The notes beneath the pieces are model-generated. The model made no database searches, was not told where the DNA came from, and saw nothing but the letters and a program-made list of their open reading frames with translations. Below are positions 7,982 through 16,330 of a DNA stretch of 20,000 nt, one piece after another. Numbering within the stretch: the stretch's first letter is position 1; each line of letters begins with the position of its first letter. Made by a program: the position numbers and the translations under genes. Source of the DNA: an uncultured virus (IMG/VR IMGVR_UViG_3300007734_000747) (Duplodnaviria > Heunggongvirae > Uroviricota > Caudoviricetes); IMG/VR virus record IMGVR_UViG_3300007734_000747; one strand, written 5' to 3'.

Positions 7982-9250
7982 ATGTCATATCTCTCAGACG
8001 AAGAAAGACTGAAGAAGAATCACATCATCATGATGCGTCACCCAGAGACAGCGTTGTATGGCAGCGTGATGTTGATGGGTAACAGCGAGGTGGCTGAAGG
8101 TATACCTACCGCATACACCGATGGTGAGAACAAGCGTTATGGCAAGGAGTTTATGGCTACCTTATCTGATGCGGAAGCGAGGGCGGTGGTGCTGCATGAG
8201 AATCTCCATGTAGCGTTACTACATATCCACAGACACAAAGACTTGATGAAGGAGGATCACGTTCTAGCTAACGTGTCGATGGATATAGTCGTTAACAACA
8301 TCATCGATAACATCAAAGGTCAACATCAATCGCAACCATTGTGCAAGTTACCTGAGAGCGCAATCATAGATCACAAGTTCGATGGGTGGGCGGTGCGTGA
8401 GATATACAACGAACTACAGAAACAGAATCCACAACGTAAGCAGAAAGGTAGTGGTGGCGGAGGTGGGAGCTGTGAGTCTGATGATGGTGATGAGACTAAC
8501 GGTTCAGGTCAGGGTGAAGTGATAAACATCAACGGCAAACAAGTAACGGTGGCTGATAGTGATGAACATGACATGAGCGGAGCCAATGGCAAAGATGTCA
8601 AGGAGTTGAAGGAGTTCGAGGAGAAGGTAGGTCGGGCGTTGCGTGAGGGTAGTATGTTGGCAGGTCGTCTCGGAGCTAACATCCCGCGTGAGATAAGTCA
8701 GTCATTGGAGATACCGATCAACTGGAAGGACGAGTTCCGTGACTTTGTTACTAACAACGTGCGAGGTAAGGACGAGCTGACATGGCGTAGGTTCAATCGC
8801 AATCTCTTGGCTAATGACATTCTCGCACCAAGCGAGGACACAGAAACATTGACTGAGGTATGCGTGGGTATCGACACGTCTGGTTCTATTGGCACAGAGG
8901 AGCTTGGCGCGTTCGCTTATCAGTTGCAGATGATCTGTGATGTGTGTAAGCCTGACACCGTTCGCATACTGTGGTGGGATACAGAGGTACATGGTGAGCA
9001 GGTGTTCGCAGGTGACTCACCTAACATCAAAGATATTCTCAAGCCAATGGGTGGTGGCGGCACTATGGTGTCGTGCGTCTCGGACTATCTGAAAGATAAG
9101 AAGTACACACCGGATTGTCTGGTGATCTTTACTGATGGCTACGTTGAAGATAAACCAAGGTGGGAAACTGGCTTCGATACTCTATGGTTGGTGACAGAAA
9201 ATAGAAACTTCAAACCGCCGAAAGGCAAGTTGGTTAAATTTAATAAATAA
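7982..9250 (+). CDS. Putative metallopeptidase plus VWA-like domain protein (DUF2201-type)
   Basis: TAYTDG, HENLH (HExxH), Gly/acidic linker, MIDAS DTSGS...GGGGT...FTDG. Confidence 0.85.
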   Translation: MSYLSDEERLKKNHIIMMRHPETALYGSVMLMGNSEVAEGIPTAYTDGENKRYGKEFMATLSDAEARAVVLHENLHVALLHIHRHKDLMKEDHVLANVSMDIVVNNIIDNIKGQHQSQPLCKLPESAIIDHKFDGWAVREIYNELQKQNPQRKQKGSGGGGGSCESDDGDETNGSGQGEVININGKQVTVADSDEHDMSGANGKDVKELKEFEEKVGRALREGSMLAGRLGANIPREISQSLEIPINWKDEFRDFVTNNVRGKDELTWRRFNRNLLANDILAPSEDTETLTEVCVGIDTSGSIGTEELGAFAYQLQMICDVCKPDTVRILWWDTEVHGEQVFAGDSPNIKDILKPMGGGGTMVSCVSDYLKDKKYTPDCLVIFTDGYVEDKPRWETGFDTLWLVTENRNFKPPKGKLVKFNK

Positions 9251-9278
9251 CGATTCACCCTAACATGAAAGGTTAAAC

Positions 9279-10289
9279 ATGAAAATCTTACATACACACG
9301 CCATTTACAGAATGGTTGAGCAAAGAGACGAAAAGTTTCCGCTCACAGCCGATGAAGCGCATCGAGTAACAGATAACAAAGCGTTCCCGCTTGTGCGGGA
9401 GTTGGCGCACAAGTACGACCTTCAAGTGCTAGGTATCAGCGGAGAAACTATCGAGGGAGCTAACATCTATATGTCCCGCGCTGATGGCATACCTATTTGC
9501 AGAGTGTATTGGATGAAGGATAGAGAAGCGTATGCGATTCGTAATGTGGTAGTGGCTAAAGATCGTGGGCGTGACTACGAAGACAAACTAATTTTCTTTG
9601 GTAAGAAGGTAAATTTTTTAATGAAGGTTATTGAAGAAAAGAATTTGATACCCAAAACTACTGACGATATGTTCAGACACGTTTTTAGTTCAGACATTTA
9701 TTCAATGCTAAATCACTTTTCAAACACATTGGGCGAGGTACGTAAGCACAATATGTTATCGGGCGATGAAGTTCACAGATTGTTAATGATAGTTTTAAAC
9801 AATCAAAGTATGGATACCCTATCAAAAGAATCAATGGATAAAGTTAAACTTACTCTTGACAAATACGAGGTGGTTGATAGTATGAGAGCTAAACGTGCGG
9901 AAGAAATACGAGAGGTTTTTACTCAGCCCATGCGCGTTATAGGTAATGATTCGTTAGGTTCTTTCATGGTGGGCAAGATACATTTGCAGCCCCAATGGGG
10001 GTATGGCGATGATATGAATGATTTGGTGAGTTATAAGATGGACATAACGGAGCCGTTCAAGCGCGTCAATGATGTGATGGAGGTGGACGATGCTATTACT
10101 ACTATGGCTATGCTGAAAACACACTTGCAGCAACTGTATCCCAATATGACTTTCAAGGGTGATAGCGGGTTCTTTCCCGAATCATTTAAGGGAGTCATCA
10201 AAGAACTAAACGTAATGGCATTCAACAAGAGAGATTCTTGGGGTAACACAGCGTTACTTAAACCATCATTTATATTTATGCCGTCATGA
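9279..10289 (+). CDS. Hypothetical protein (336 aa)
   Basis: Long ORF with RBS GAAAGG; no recognised motif. Confidence 0.85.
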   Translation: MKILHTHAIYRMVEQRDEKFPLTADEAHRVTDNKAFPLVRELAHKYDLQVLGISGETIEGANIYMSRADGIPICRVYWMKDREAYAIRNVVVAKDRGRDYEDKLIFFGKKVNFLMKVIEEKNLIPKTTDDMFRHVFSSDIYSMLNHFSNTLGEVRKHNMLSGDEVHRLLMIVLNNQSMDTLSKESMDKVKLTLDKYEVVDSMRAKRAEEIREVFTQPMRVIGNDSLGSFMVGKIHLQPQWGYGDDMNDLVSYKMDITEPFKRVNDVMEVDDAITTMAMLKTHLQQLYPNMTFKGDSGFFPESFKGVIKELNVMAFNKRDSWGNTALLKPSFIFMPS

Positions 10290-10690
10290 ATGTAGATACA
10301 TCAGATACACCACGCGAATGGAACGATTTTATATTTGAGCGTAATTATATAAACATCGCACCGATTGGTAGTGAGTTCGACGATTTAGGGAAGGGCTTGT
10401 ATCGCGTGCCAGTACGCATAGAGAGCGAAAAGCATACGGTATTTGTTGGGGACAACCATCTACGGATATTTGACCACAACACCCTTCCCGCTTTTATTAA
10501 ACACAAGCTTGCGATGATTATTGTTTCACCCACACCTGAATTCTTACCTAGTGATGAGTCGTTATCTAGGTTGACGTTGTTCCAGACGCAAGGGGATACG
10601 CCGACGATTGGGTGGAAAGCATCTAGCACGATGTACATTGTAATTATGACTGACGCAGAGCTTGAATCTTTGAAAGGCTATAGAGAGTGA
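10286..10690 (+). CDS. Hypothetical protein (134 aa)
   Basis: ATGA overlap. Confidence 0.8.
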   Translation: MNVDTSDTPREWNDFIFERNYINIAPIGSEFDDLGKGLYRVPVRIESEKHTVFVGDNHLRIFDHNTLPAFIKHKLAMIIVSPTPEFLPSDESLSRLTLFQTQGDTPTIGWKASSTMYIVIMTDAELESLKGYRE

Positions 10691-10986
10691 AACCCGAAGC
10701 GAAGGTAAAGAAGAAAGTCAAAGCAACACTTGATAAGTTAAAAGCCTATTACTTCATGCCTTTCATGGCGGGGTACGGTACAGCAGGAGTGCCAGACATC
10801 GTTGCTTGTTACAAAGGCAGATTCATAGGTATCGAGTGTAAGGCAGGTGGCAATCGAACGACCGCGCTTCAGGTAAAAAACTTAAACGAGATAGGTAAGT
10901 GTGGTGGCATCCCGCTTGTAGTAAATGAAGAAAATGTAGACCAACTTGAGGAGGTGTTAAATAATGAAGTTCAAAATAGTCGGTGA
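10687..10986 (+). CDS. VRR-NUC domain nuclease (putative Holliday junction resolvase)
   Basis: PEAKVK...GVPDIV...FIGIECKA...LQ, a PD-(D/E)XK signature; GTG start. Confidence 0.85.
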   Translation: MKPEAKVKKKVKATLDKLKAYYFMPFMAGYGTAGVPDIVACYKGRFIGIECKAGGNRTTALQVKNLNEIGKCGGIPLVVNEENVDQLEEVLNNEVQNSR

Positions 10987-11164
10987 AGAGAATCTTATAT
11001 CACCTGATGTTTATCAGGGTAATAGGCAACACATAGATGCGCTAGACAACTTTAAATGGACGGCAGGTGCAAACGTGCAGGCGAAGTGGCGTAAATATGG
11101 ATGGGTTCCTCCGTCAGAGGTTCGCAACGATTATCTTTTTCAACGTAACAGAGAGGGTAAGTAA
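10964..11164 (+). CDS. Hypothetical protein (66 aa)
   Basis: RBS GAGGAGG; TAGANVQAKWRKYGWVPPSE. Confidence 0.75.
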   Translation: MKFKIVGEENLISPDVYQGNRQHIDALDNFKWTAGANVQAKWRKYGWVPPSEVRNDYLFQRNREGK

Positions 11165-11166
11165 TC

Positions 11167-11580
11167 ATGAGAGAATCAGTACAAACACAGCGAATTAAAA
11201 AATATTTTAAGAAGTATCCGTTTGCCAAACCAAAGGTTGCAGCGGAAGAATTAAGTATAGCAATCACCGCTATTTATAGTGTGCGTAGAGCTATGCGTAA
11301 GAAAATAAACGTAGCACCCGAGCGTGTTGTTAAAACAAGGATGCAATCCGCTAAGCCAGAGTTCGGCGCGTCCAATGTTGATCTTGTTAATAATCCTCCA
11401 CACTACAGGGTGGGTGGGATAGAGACTATTGACTTCATTGAAGCAAAGAATCTCAACTACAACTTGGGTAATGCTGTGAAGTATATTACCCGAGCAGATC
11501 ACAAAGACAATCGAGTGCAAGATTTGGAGAAAGCGCGTTGGTACATCGAGCGTGAGATTCTCTCAGCACACGTTAAATAA
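11167..11580 (+). CDS. DUF3310 (T7 gp1.7-like nucleotide kinase) domain protein with basic N-terminal extension
   Basis: VNNPPHY..GGIETIDFIE...GNAVKYITRA..K...DLEKARWY. Confidence 0.85.
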   Translation: MRESVQTQRIKKYFKKYPFAKPKVAAEELSIAITAIYSVRRAMRKKINVAPERVVKTRMQSAKPEFGASNVDLVNNPPHYRVGGIETIDFIEAKNLNYNLGNAVKYITRADHKDNRVQDLEKARWYIEREILSAHVK

Positions 11581-11585
11581 TTTAT

Positions 11586-11622
11586 ATAGCGGTTCAGGGT
11601 CGCCTGAATCGCTATTTTTTTC
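11586..11622 (+). terminator. Rho-independent terminator (also contains a TTCA-N8-TGAA site)
   Basis: ATAGCGGTTCAGG-GTCG-CCTGAATCGCTAT with T run. Confidence 0.8.
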
Positions 11623-11644
11623 TCTATCCAAGGTGAATATCTAA

Positions 11645-11920
11645 ATGCTATGCCCGCACTGCGATGGGAAATCTACCGTCGCCACAAGTATAAAACTATA
11701 CGATGGTGTTAAGCGTTATCGTAAGTGCGTTGATTGTAAGAGACAGTTCCAGACGATGGAATCAATTATCACCAACGCCCCTATTTTGAAACCAGTTGTT
11801 GAAAAGAAGGAGTTGTTTACACCAAAAGAAGTTAGCACAGCGAAGATGAAAAAAGTTAACACGCGAAGAGTTAATGAAGATCGCGTGTCCAGTTATTACA
11901 TTGAGGACGATTATGACTAG
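11645..11920 (+). CDS. Zn-ribbon protein resembling NrdR N-terminal / Ogr-Delta domain
   Basis: MLCPHC...KRYRKCVDCKRQFQTME; no ATP-cone. Confidence 0.65.
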   Translation: MLCPHCDGKSTVATSIKLYDGVKRYRKCVDCKRQFQTMESIITNAPILKPVVEKKELFTPKEVSTAKMKKVNTRRVNEDRVSSYYIEDDYD

Positions 11921-12131
11921 TGATTCAATAGCAGAAAGAGAAATGCAAAAAGTTTATCGGTTGAATGGGATTTTATATTTACCGCACTATCAAAGTTCCA
12001 AGAAAAATATTTACGTGTCACCCGCTTACGGTCAATCGAATTGGACAGAATACACCGAGATGGAGCTAGTTTGTTTAGGTGCAACGCGTGGTGAAGAATA
12101 CTTATTGGTTAGAAGAAGAGAGGAGAAATAA
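11913..12131 (+). CDS. Hypothetical protein
   Basis: ATG 11913 after GAGG; overlaps upstream stop. Confidence 0.7.
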   Translation: MTSDSIAEREMQKVYRLNGILYLPHYQSSKKNIYVSPAYGQSNWTEYTEMELVCLGATRGEEYLLVRRREEK

Positions 12132-12132
12132 C

Positions 12133-12336
12133 ATGTCAGAGATACTACCGCACCGCGAATACATTGCTAAGTTCTTAGCACAACAAGAGCCGTTGATTGG
12201 CAAGATCGAAGCCATCATGACTAACGAAGGCGAACACATTGATTTATCTAACATGACAGACGCAGAAGCCAAGATCGCCGCTGAGTATTTTATGTTATTG
12301 GGTGTGCCAACTTTCACTGGGAAGTCTGGAAAATGA
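12133..12336 (+). CDS. Hypothetical protein (67 aa)
   Basis: RBS GAGGAG; ATG 12133. Confidence 0.75.
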   Translation: MSEILPHREYIAKFLAQQEPLIGKIEAIMTNEGEHIDLSNMTDAEAKIAAEYFMLLGVPTFTGKSGK

Positions 12337-12539
12337 TGATATTAGAAACCATTACGTATAGGCACGTACTCGATTGGATACACGACACATGGGCTAGATC
12401 ATTAGCGGCTGTGGCTATGTTCTTTATTGGGTGGGCGATAGGCCAAGTGCAAACCGAGAGCCGCATCATTGGTGACTGTAAATACGCAGGAGCCTTTCGT
12501 GTGGAACAACAAGCGTTTATGTGTCAGAGGAGAATTTAA
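12333..12539 (+). CDS. Small membrane protein (68 aa)
   Basis: TM segment SLAAVAMFFIGWAIG; ATGA overlap. Confidence 0.7.
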   Translation: MMILETITYRHVLDWIHDTWARSLAAVAMFFIGWAIGQVQTESRIIGDCKYAGAFRVEQQAFMCQRRI

Positions 12540-12793
12540 TGGATAAGTTTATGAAAGATAATTTTATTGAAGACATGGCAAGTGTGAATCGCGTTGAAGG
12601 TATAACAGCAGATTACGTTTGGTATCAATCACAGATTCTTACCAACAAGATGAAAGAATGGCAGTTAGAGTTTGATAGGGTAGTGGGCGTAATGGAAGCG
12701 CGTCATAAAGAACACTTAAAAATTATAAGTGACTTACTTGACGAGATTAAAAAACTAAAGGAGAAAGCAAATGAAAGCATTTCCAAATCATAG
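12539..12793 (+). CDS. Hypothetical coiled-coil protein
   Basis: RBS GAGGAG; TAATG overlap. Confidence 0.7.
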   Translation: MDKFMKDNFIEDMASVNRVEGITADYVWYQSQILTNKMKEWQLEFDRVVGVMEARHKEHLKIISDLLDEIKKLKEKANESISKS

Positions 12794-12947
12794 AAGCGAA
12801 GGCATGGAGCTACGTGATTACTTTGCGGCGAAGGCTATGCAGGGAATTATGTCCAAAGAATATTTTGATGGTTCGTACAGTGAAGTTGCTGAGTACGCTT
12901 ACAAAATGGCAGACGCGATGATGAAGGCGAGGGAGAAGAATGACTAA
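12771..12947 (+). CDS. Conserved small phage protein (58 aa)
   Basis: MKAFP...GMELRDYFAAKAMQG...AYKMADAMMKAR, a common phage family motif; RBS AAGGAG. Not in the ORF track. Confidence 0.8.
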   Translation: MKAFPNHRSEGMELRDYFAAKAMQGIMSKEYFDGSYSEVAEYAYKMADAMMKAREKND

Positions 12948-13257
12948 CGAAGACATTATCAGAATGGCGCGTGAAGCATTAAAAGAAGATGACGGAGAGG
13001 ATTATTACGCTTACACGCATCAAATAATACATTGGTGGGGTAAAGAAGATGAAATCGTAAAGTTTGCTCAATTAATCGCAGCAGCAGAGCGCAACCGCAC
13101 ATGGACTCAAAATCATTGGACGGAGTACGAGCGCAGCATTGCAGCAGAAGAGCGCGAAGCGTGTGCGAAGTTAATGGGTGAGTTAACTTGTATGGGCGAT
13201 GCCAAAGAATGTTTTGAGGTAGCTGCAACATATATCCGCGCAAGGGGGCAACAATGA
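12940..13257 (+). CDS. Hypothetical phage protein (EREACAK motif)
   Basis: MTNEDIIRMAREA...FAQLIAAAER...EREACAK; RBS GGAG. Confidence 0.8.
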   Translation: MTNEDIIRMAREALKEDDGEDYYAYTHQIIHWWGKEDEIVKFAQLIAAAERNRTWTQNHWTEYERSIAAEEREACAKLMGELTCMGDAKECFEVAATYIRARGQQ

Positions 13258-13727
13258 TTACTTTCACACGCGATGAAGCACAGAAACTTTTAGACACGTT
13301 AGCCGAAGCAATAGACGCGCAGCAATGGGAGATTGATAACCATATAAAAACTTATGGTGAATGGTATAGACCCAAGCGTGTTGAGTACATGAGAGACGCA
13401 TTAGCTAACACACTAAGAACAGTTGAACTACTTAGCCATAAATTAAACACGCCACAACGCGAGCCGATTACCCCTAGTGGTGGTGGCGGTAGTGGAGAGC
13501 CTACGGTAGATGGATGGCCTTTATGGTCAGGATTGCCACAGCAAAAGAAACCTGTCGTAGATAAATCAATGGCTAAGCGTATTGCTACACAACTAGGGTG
13601 GGAGCCGAAGCGCGAATGGATTGATCTAACAGATAAAGAGATTGGCGAGATATTTAGAGCGGGTTGGTCAAACAACATGGATTTCGCGCGCGCGATTCTA
13701 GCCAAGTCAAAGGAGAAGAACACATGA
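13254..13727 (+). CDS. Hypothetical phage protein (157 aa)
   Basis: C-terminal REWIDLTDKEI...FARAILAKSKEKN module; ATGA overlap. Confidence 0.8.
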   Translation: MITFTRDEAQKLLDTLAEAIDAQQWEIDNHIKTYGEWYRPKRVEYMRDALANTLRTVELLSHKLNTPQREPITPSGGGGSGEPTVDGWPLWSGLPQQKKPVVDKSMAKRIATQLGWEPKREWIDLTDKEIGEIFRAGWSNNMDFARAILAKSKEKNT

Positions 13728-14080
13728 GTGATCGAATGAAAAACGCGCTTGAGTTAGCAGACAAGTGTTGGAAGAAAGCGAACAGCACTTCCCCAGAATT
13801 TGTAGAAGAGTATCTGACATACGCAGAAAAACTATTGATGTCTAAGCCTTACATACGTGGCGATGAGTTCAGATCATTTTGCCATCAGCATGGTTTAGCG
13901 CGTCCTGCAAACTTGCATCCTAACGTATGGGTTTCTGGTGTAAGAGCTTTAGGTATCATGGGTTGGATACACCCAATGCAAAAAGTGTCTCCAGAACAAT
14001 CTCACAACCACATGCCTAGCGTTACTCTTTGGCGAAGCAATATATACGATGGAGGGAAAAACAATGAACCCCAAGTATGA
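13724..14080 (+). CDS. Hypothetical protein (118 aa)
   Basis: RBS AAGGAG; ATG 13724. Confidence 0.75.
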   Translation: MSDRMKNALELADKCWKKANSTSPEFVEEYLTYAEKLLMSKPYIRGDEFRSFCHQHGLARPANLHPNVWVSGVRALGIMGWIHPMQKVSPEQSHNHMPSVTLWRSNIYDGGKNNEPQV

Positions 14081-14288
14081 CATTGTTGATGTACTGAACG
14101 AACCGTGGAAGTTCTATCCAGCTAACTTTGAAACGGCTATGAGGGCGAATGCTTTTTACTCAGGGCTATGTCAGGAGGCGGCTGAGGAAATAAAAAAACT
14201 ACGTGACTCATCACAAAGTGTCACAAACAGTAATTATCCGACGAGTGGTATACCCGCGATCAAAGTAGAAGACCTAGGAAAGATATGA
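14064..14288 (+). CDS. Hypothetical protein (74 aa)
   Basis: RBS GGAGGG; ATG 14064; EAAEEIKKLR motif. Confidence 0.7.
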   Translation: MNPKYDIVDVLNEPWKFYPANFETAMRANAFYSGLCQEAAEEIKKLRDSSQSVTNSNYPTSGIPAIKVEDLGKI

Positions 14289-14440
14289 GACAAGCAGCCA
14301 GATCACAAGCGCAAGCGCGAATAGCCAAGACTGTAGCGGTGAGCAACGCTAAATTTAAAAGGGATATGAAAGAACATTTATTAAAACACAGTAGGCTACG
14401 CGCCGAAGAAGTTCATCAGATACAAGGAAAAGATAAGTGA
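14285..14440 (+). CDS. Small basic hypothetical protein (51 aa)
   Basis: MRQAARSQAQARIAK...; ATGA and GTGA overlaps on both sides. Confidence 0.6.
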   Translation: MRQAARSQAQARIAKTVAVSNAKFKRDMKEHLLKHSRLRAEEVHQIQGKDK

Positions 14441-16314
14441 GTTTAATCACGCTAGATTTCGAGACATACTACTCAAACGACTTTGGGTTTAGAACGCTGA
14501 CGACTGAAGAATACATTCGTGGAAAAGAATTTCAGGAGATAGGTGTAGGCATCAAGATCGATGATGCGCCGGCGTATTGGCTTTCAGGTACGCATGAAGT
14601 GTTAAAGAAACACCTAGAGGGTCTTACTGATTGGACGGACTCAGCATTGCTGTGCCATAACACTATCTTTGATGGCGCGATACTTGGCTGGCGGTTCGGG
14701 GTGTACCCCGCCTTCTTCTTGGACACACTGAGCATGGCACGCGCGCTCCACGGTGTTGATGCGGGGGGTTCTTTGAAAGCGTTGGCTGAGCGTTACGAGT
14801 TAGGTAAGAAAGGAACAGAGGTTGATGATGCCAAGGGTAAACGACTTGAAGACTTCACGGCGGCTGACCTTAAACAGTATGGCGAGTATTGCAAGAATGA
14901 CTGTGAGCTGACACACAAGTTGTTCAGTGTCATGGTGTCCGAGTTCCCCGAGGATGAGGCAAAACTTATTGATATGACGTTAAGGATGTTCATAATCCCG
15001 GGATTTGAGGTAGATGATGCGTTGCTAGTACAACGCTTAGAAGACTTGAAGAAAGAGAAGAACGATCTCCTAGCCACCCTAAAAGAAGAGTTGAAATGTG
15101 ATGATGAAGAAGCTGTTAGGAAAAAGTTGGCAAGCAATAAGCAGTTTGCTGAACTACTTAGTAAGCTTGACCCACCAGTATTTGCCCCACTCAAGATTAG
15201 CCCAGTTACAGGAAAAGAGACGTTTGCACTGGCAAAAAACGACGAAGGGTTTATTGCACTTTCGGAACATGAAAATCCACTCGTTCAGCAGCTCTGCGCT
15301 GTCAGACTTGGAACTAAATCAACTTTGGAAGAATCTCGCATCGCACGATTCATTGACATCGGAAAGAGAAATAGAGGGTTACTCCCCATCCCCCTTAAAT
15401 ATTACGGCGCACACACAGGACGGTGGAGCGGTAGCGATAAAGTTAACTTCCAAAACCTTCCTAGTCGAGATAAGAAGAAGAAGACGCTTAAAAATGCCGT
15501 ACTCGCACCCAGAGGAAATGTGGTTATTAACTGTGATTCCTCCCAAATTGAAGCAAGGGTGTTGGCTTGGCTATCCGGACAAGACGATGTTGTACGACAG
15601 TTCGCTTCAGGTGAAGACGTATATTCTATCTTTGCTTCCAAAGTCTATAACCGACCCATAACTAAGGCTGACCCTGTTGAGAGATTTGTTGGCAAGACAT
15701 GCGTGCTGGGGCTAGGGTATGGCACTGGCTGGAGAAAGTTACAGCACACGCTAAAGACACAGCCGCCCGGGGCTGTGATAGATGATGAGGAATGTCAGAA
15801 CATAGTTAAACTTTATCGAGATGTTAACAGCGATATCATTGAGCTATGGAAAGACTCTGACAATATGTTAGAGGCCATGTGCAATTGGGACAGCAAGAGT
15901 AAAGAGTATTACTTAGGCGAACACAAAGTGTTGCGGGTTAAGAAGGAAGGTATCGAGCTACCCAATGGCCTAATGATTCGTTACCCCAACCTACGGTATG
16001 ACACAGAAGGCGAGAAGTCTCAGTACAAGTACAAGTCTAGGCGGGGCGAGATAAGTATCTGGGGTGGGGCAGTCGTTGAGAACGTAGTCCAAGCGTTGGC
16101 TAGAATAGTTGTAGGCGAACAGATGTTAGCTATCAATGAACGCTATCGGGTCGTGCTGACTGTGCATGATGCAGCAGTGATTATCGTTCCAGAGAATGAG
16201 CGCGAGCGCGCTATGGAATTTATCATTGAGAAGATGTCCACACCACCTGATTGGGCTAAGACTTTACCTGTTGCGTGCGAAGCGAAATGGGGGCATAGTT
16301 ATGGAGAATGTTAA
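14437..16314 (+). CDS. polA: Family A DNA polymerase with 3'-5' exonuclease domain
   Basis: ExoI LDFETY, ExoII HNTIFD, ExoIII YCKND; HTGRWSG, motif A DSSQIEAR, motif B RFVGKTCVLGLGYG, motif C TVHD. Confidence 0.95.
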   Translation: MSLITLDFETYYSNDFGFRTLTTEEYIRGKEFQEIGVGIKIDDAPAYWLSGTHEVLKKHLEGLTDWTDSALLCHNTIFDGAILGWRFGVYPAFFLDTLSMARALHGVDAGGSLKALAERYELGKKGTEVDDAKGKRLEDFTAADLKQYGEYCKNDCELTHKLFSVMVSEFPEDEAKLIDMTLRMFIIPGFEVDDALLVQRLEDLKKEKNDLLATLKEELKCDDEEAVRKKLASNKQFAELLSKLDPPVFAPLKISPVTGKETFALAKNDEGFIALSEHENPLVQQLCAVRLGTKSTLEESRIARFIDIGKRNRGLLPIPLKYYGAHTGRWSGSDKVNFQNLPSRDKKKKTLKNAVLAPRGNVVINCDSSQIEARVLAWLSGQDDVVRQFASGEDVYSIFASKVYNRPITKADPVERFVGKTCVLGLGYGTGWRKLQHTLKTQPPGAVIDDEECQNIVKLYRDVNSDIIELWKDSDNMLEAMCNWDSKSKEYYLGEHKVLRVKKEGIELPNGLMIRYPNLRYDTEGEKSQYKYKSRRGEISIWGGAVVENVVQALARIVVGEQMLAINERYRVVLTVHDAAVIIVPENERERAMEFIIEKMSTPPDWAKTLPVACEAKWGHSYGEC

Positions 16315-16330
16315 CTAAAAGGCGTCCTAT

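Noticed and set aside
10957..10987. TTAAATAA...TTCA-N10-TGAA near-match to the dispersed motif
   Set aside because: Wrong spacings (N5 flank, N10 core). Similar N7, N9 and N10 cases near 13263, 7830 and 2249 were also excluded.
11786..11800. 15-bp match TTGAAACCAGTTGTT to the start of the element at 2326
   Set aside because: Inside a CDS and the rest of the element is absent; one 15-mer match is plausible by chance in 20 kb.
8448..13500. Similar GGTGGCGG stretches in genes 7982 and 13254
   Set aside because: Explained by independent poly-Gly linkers.
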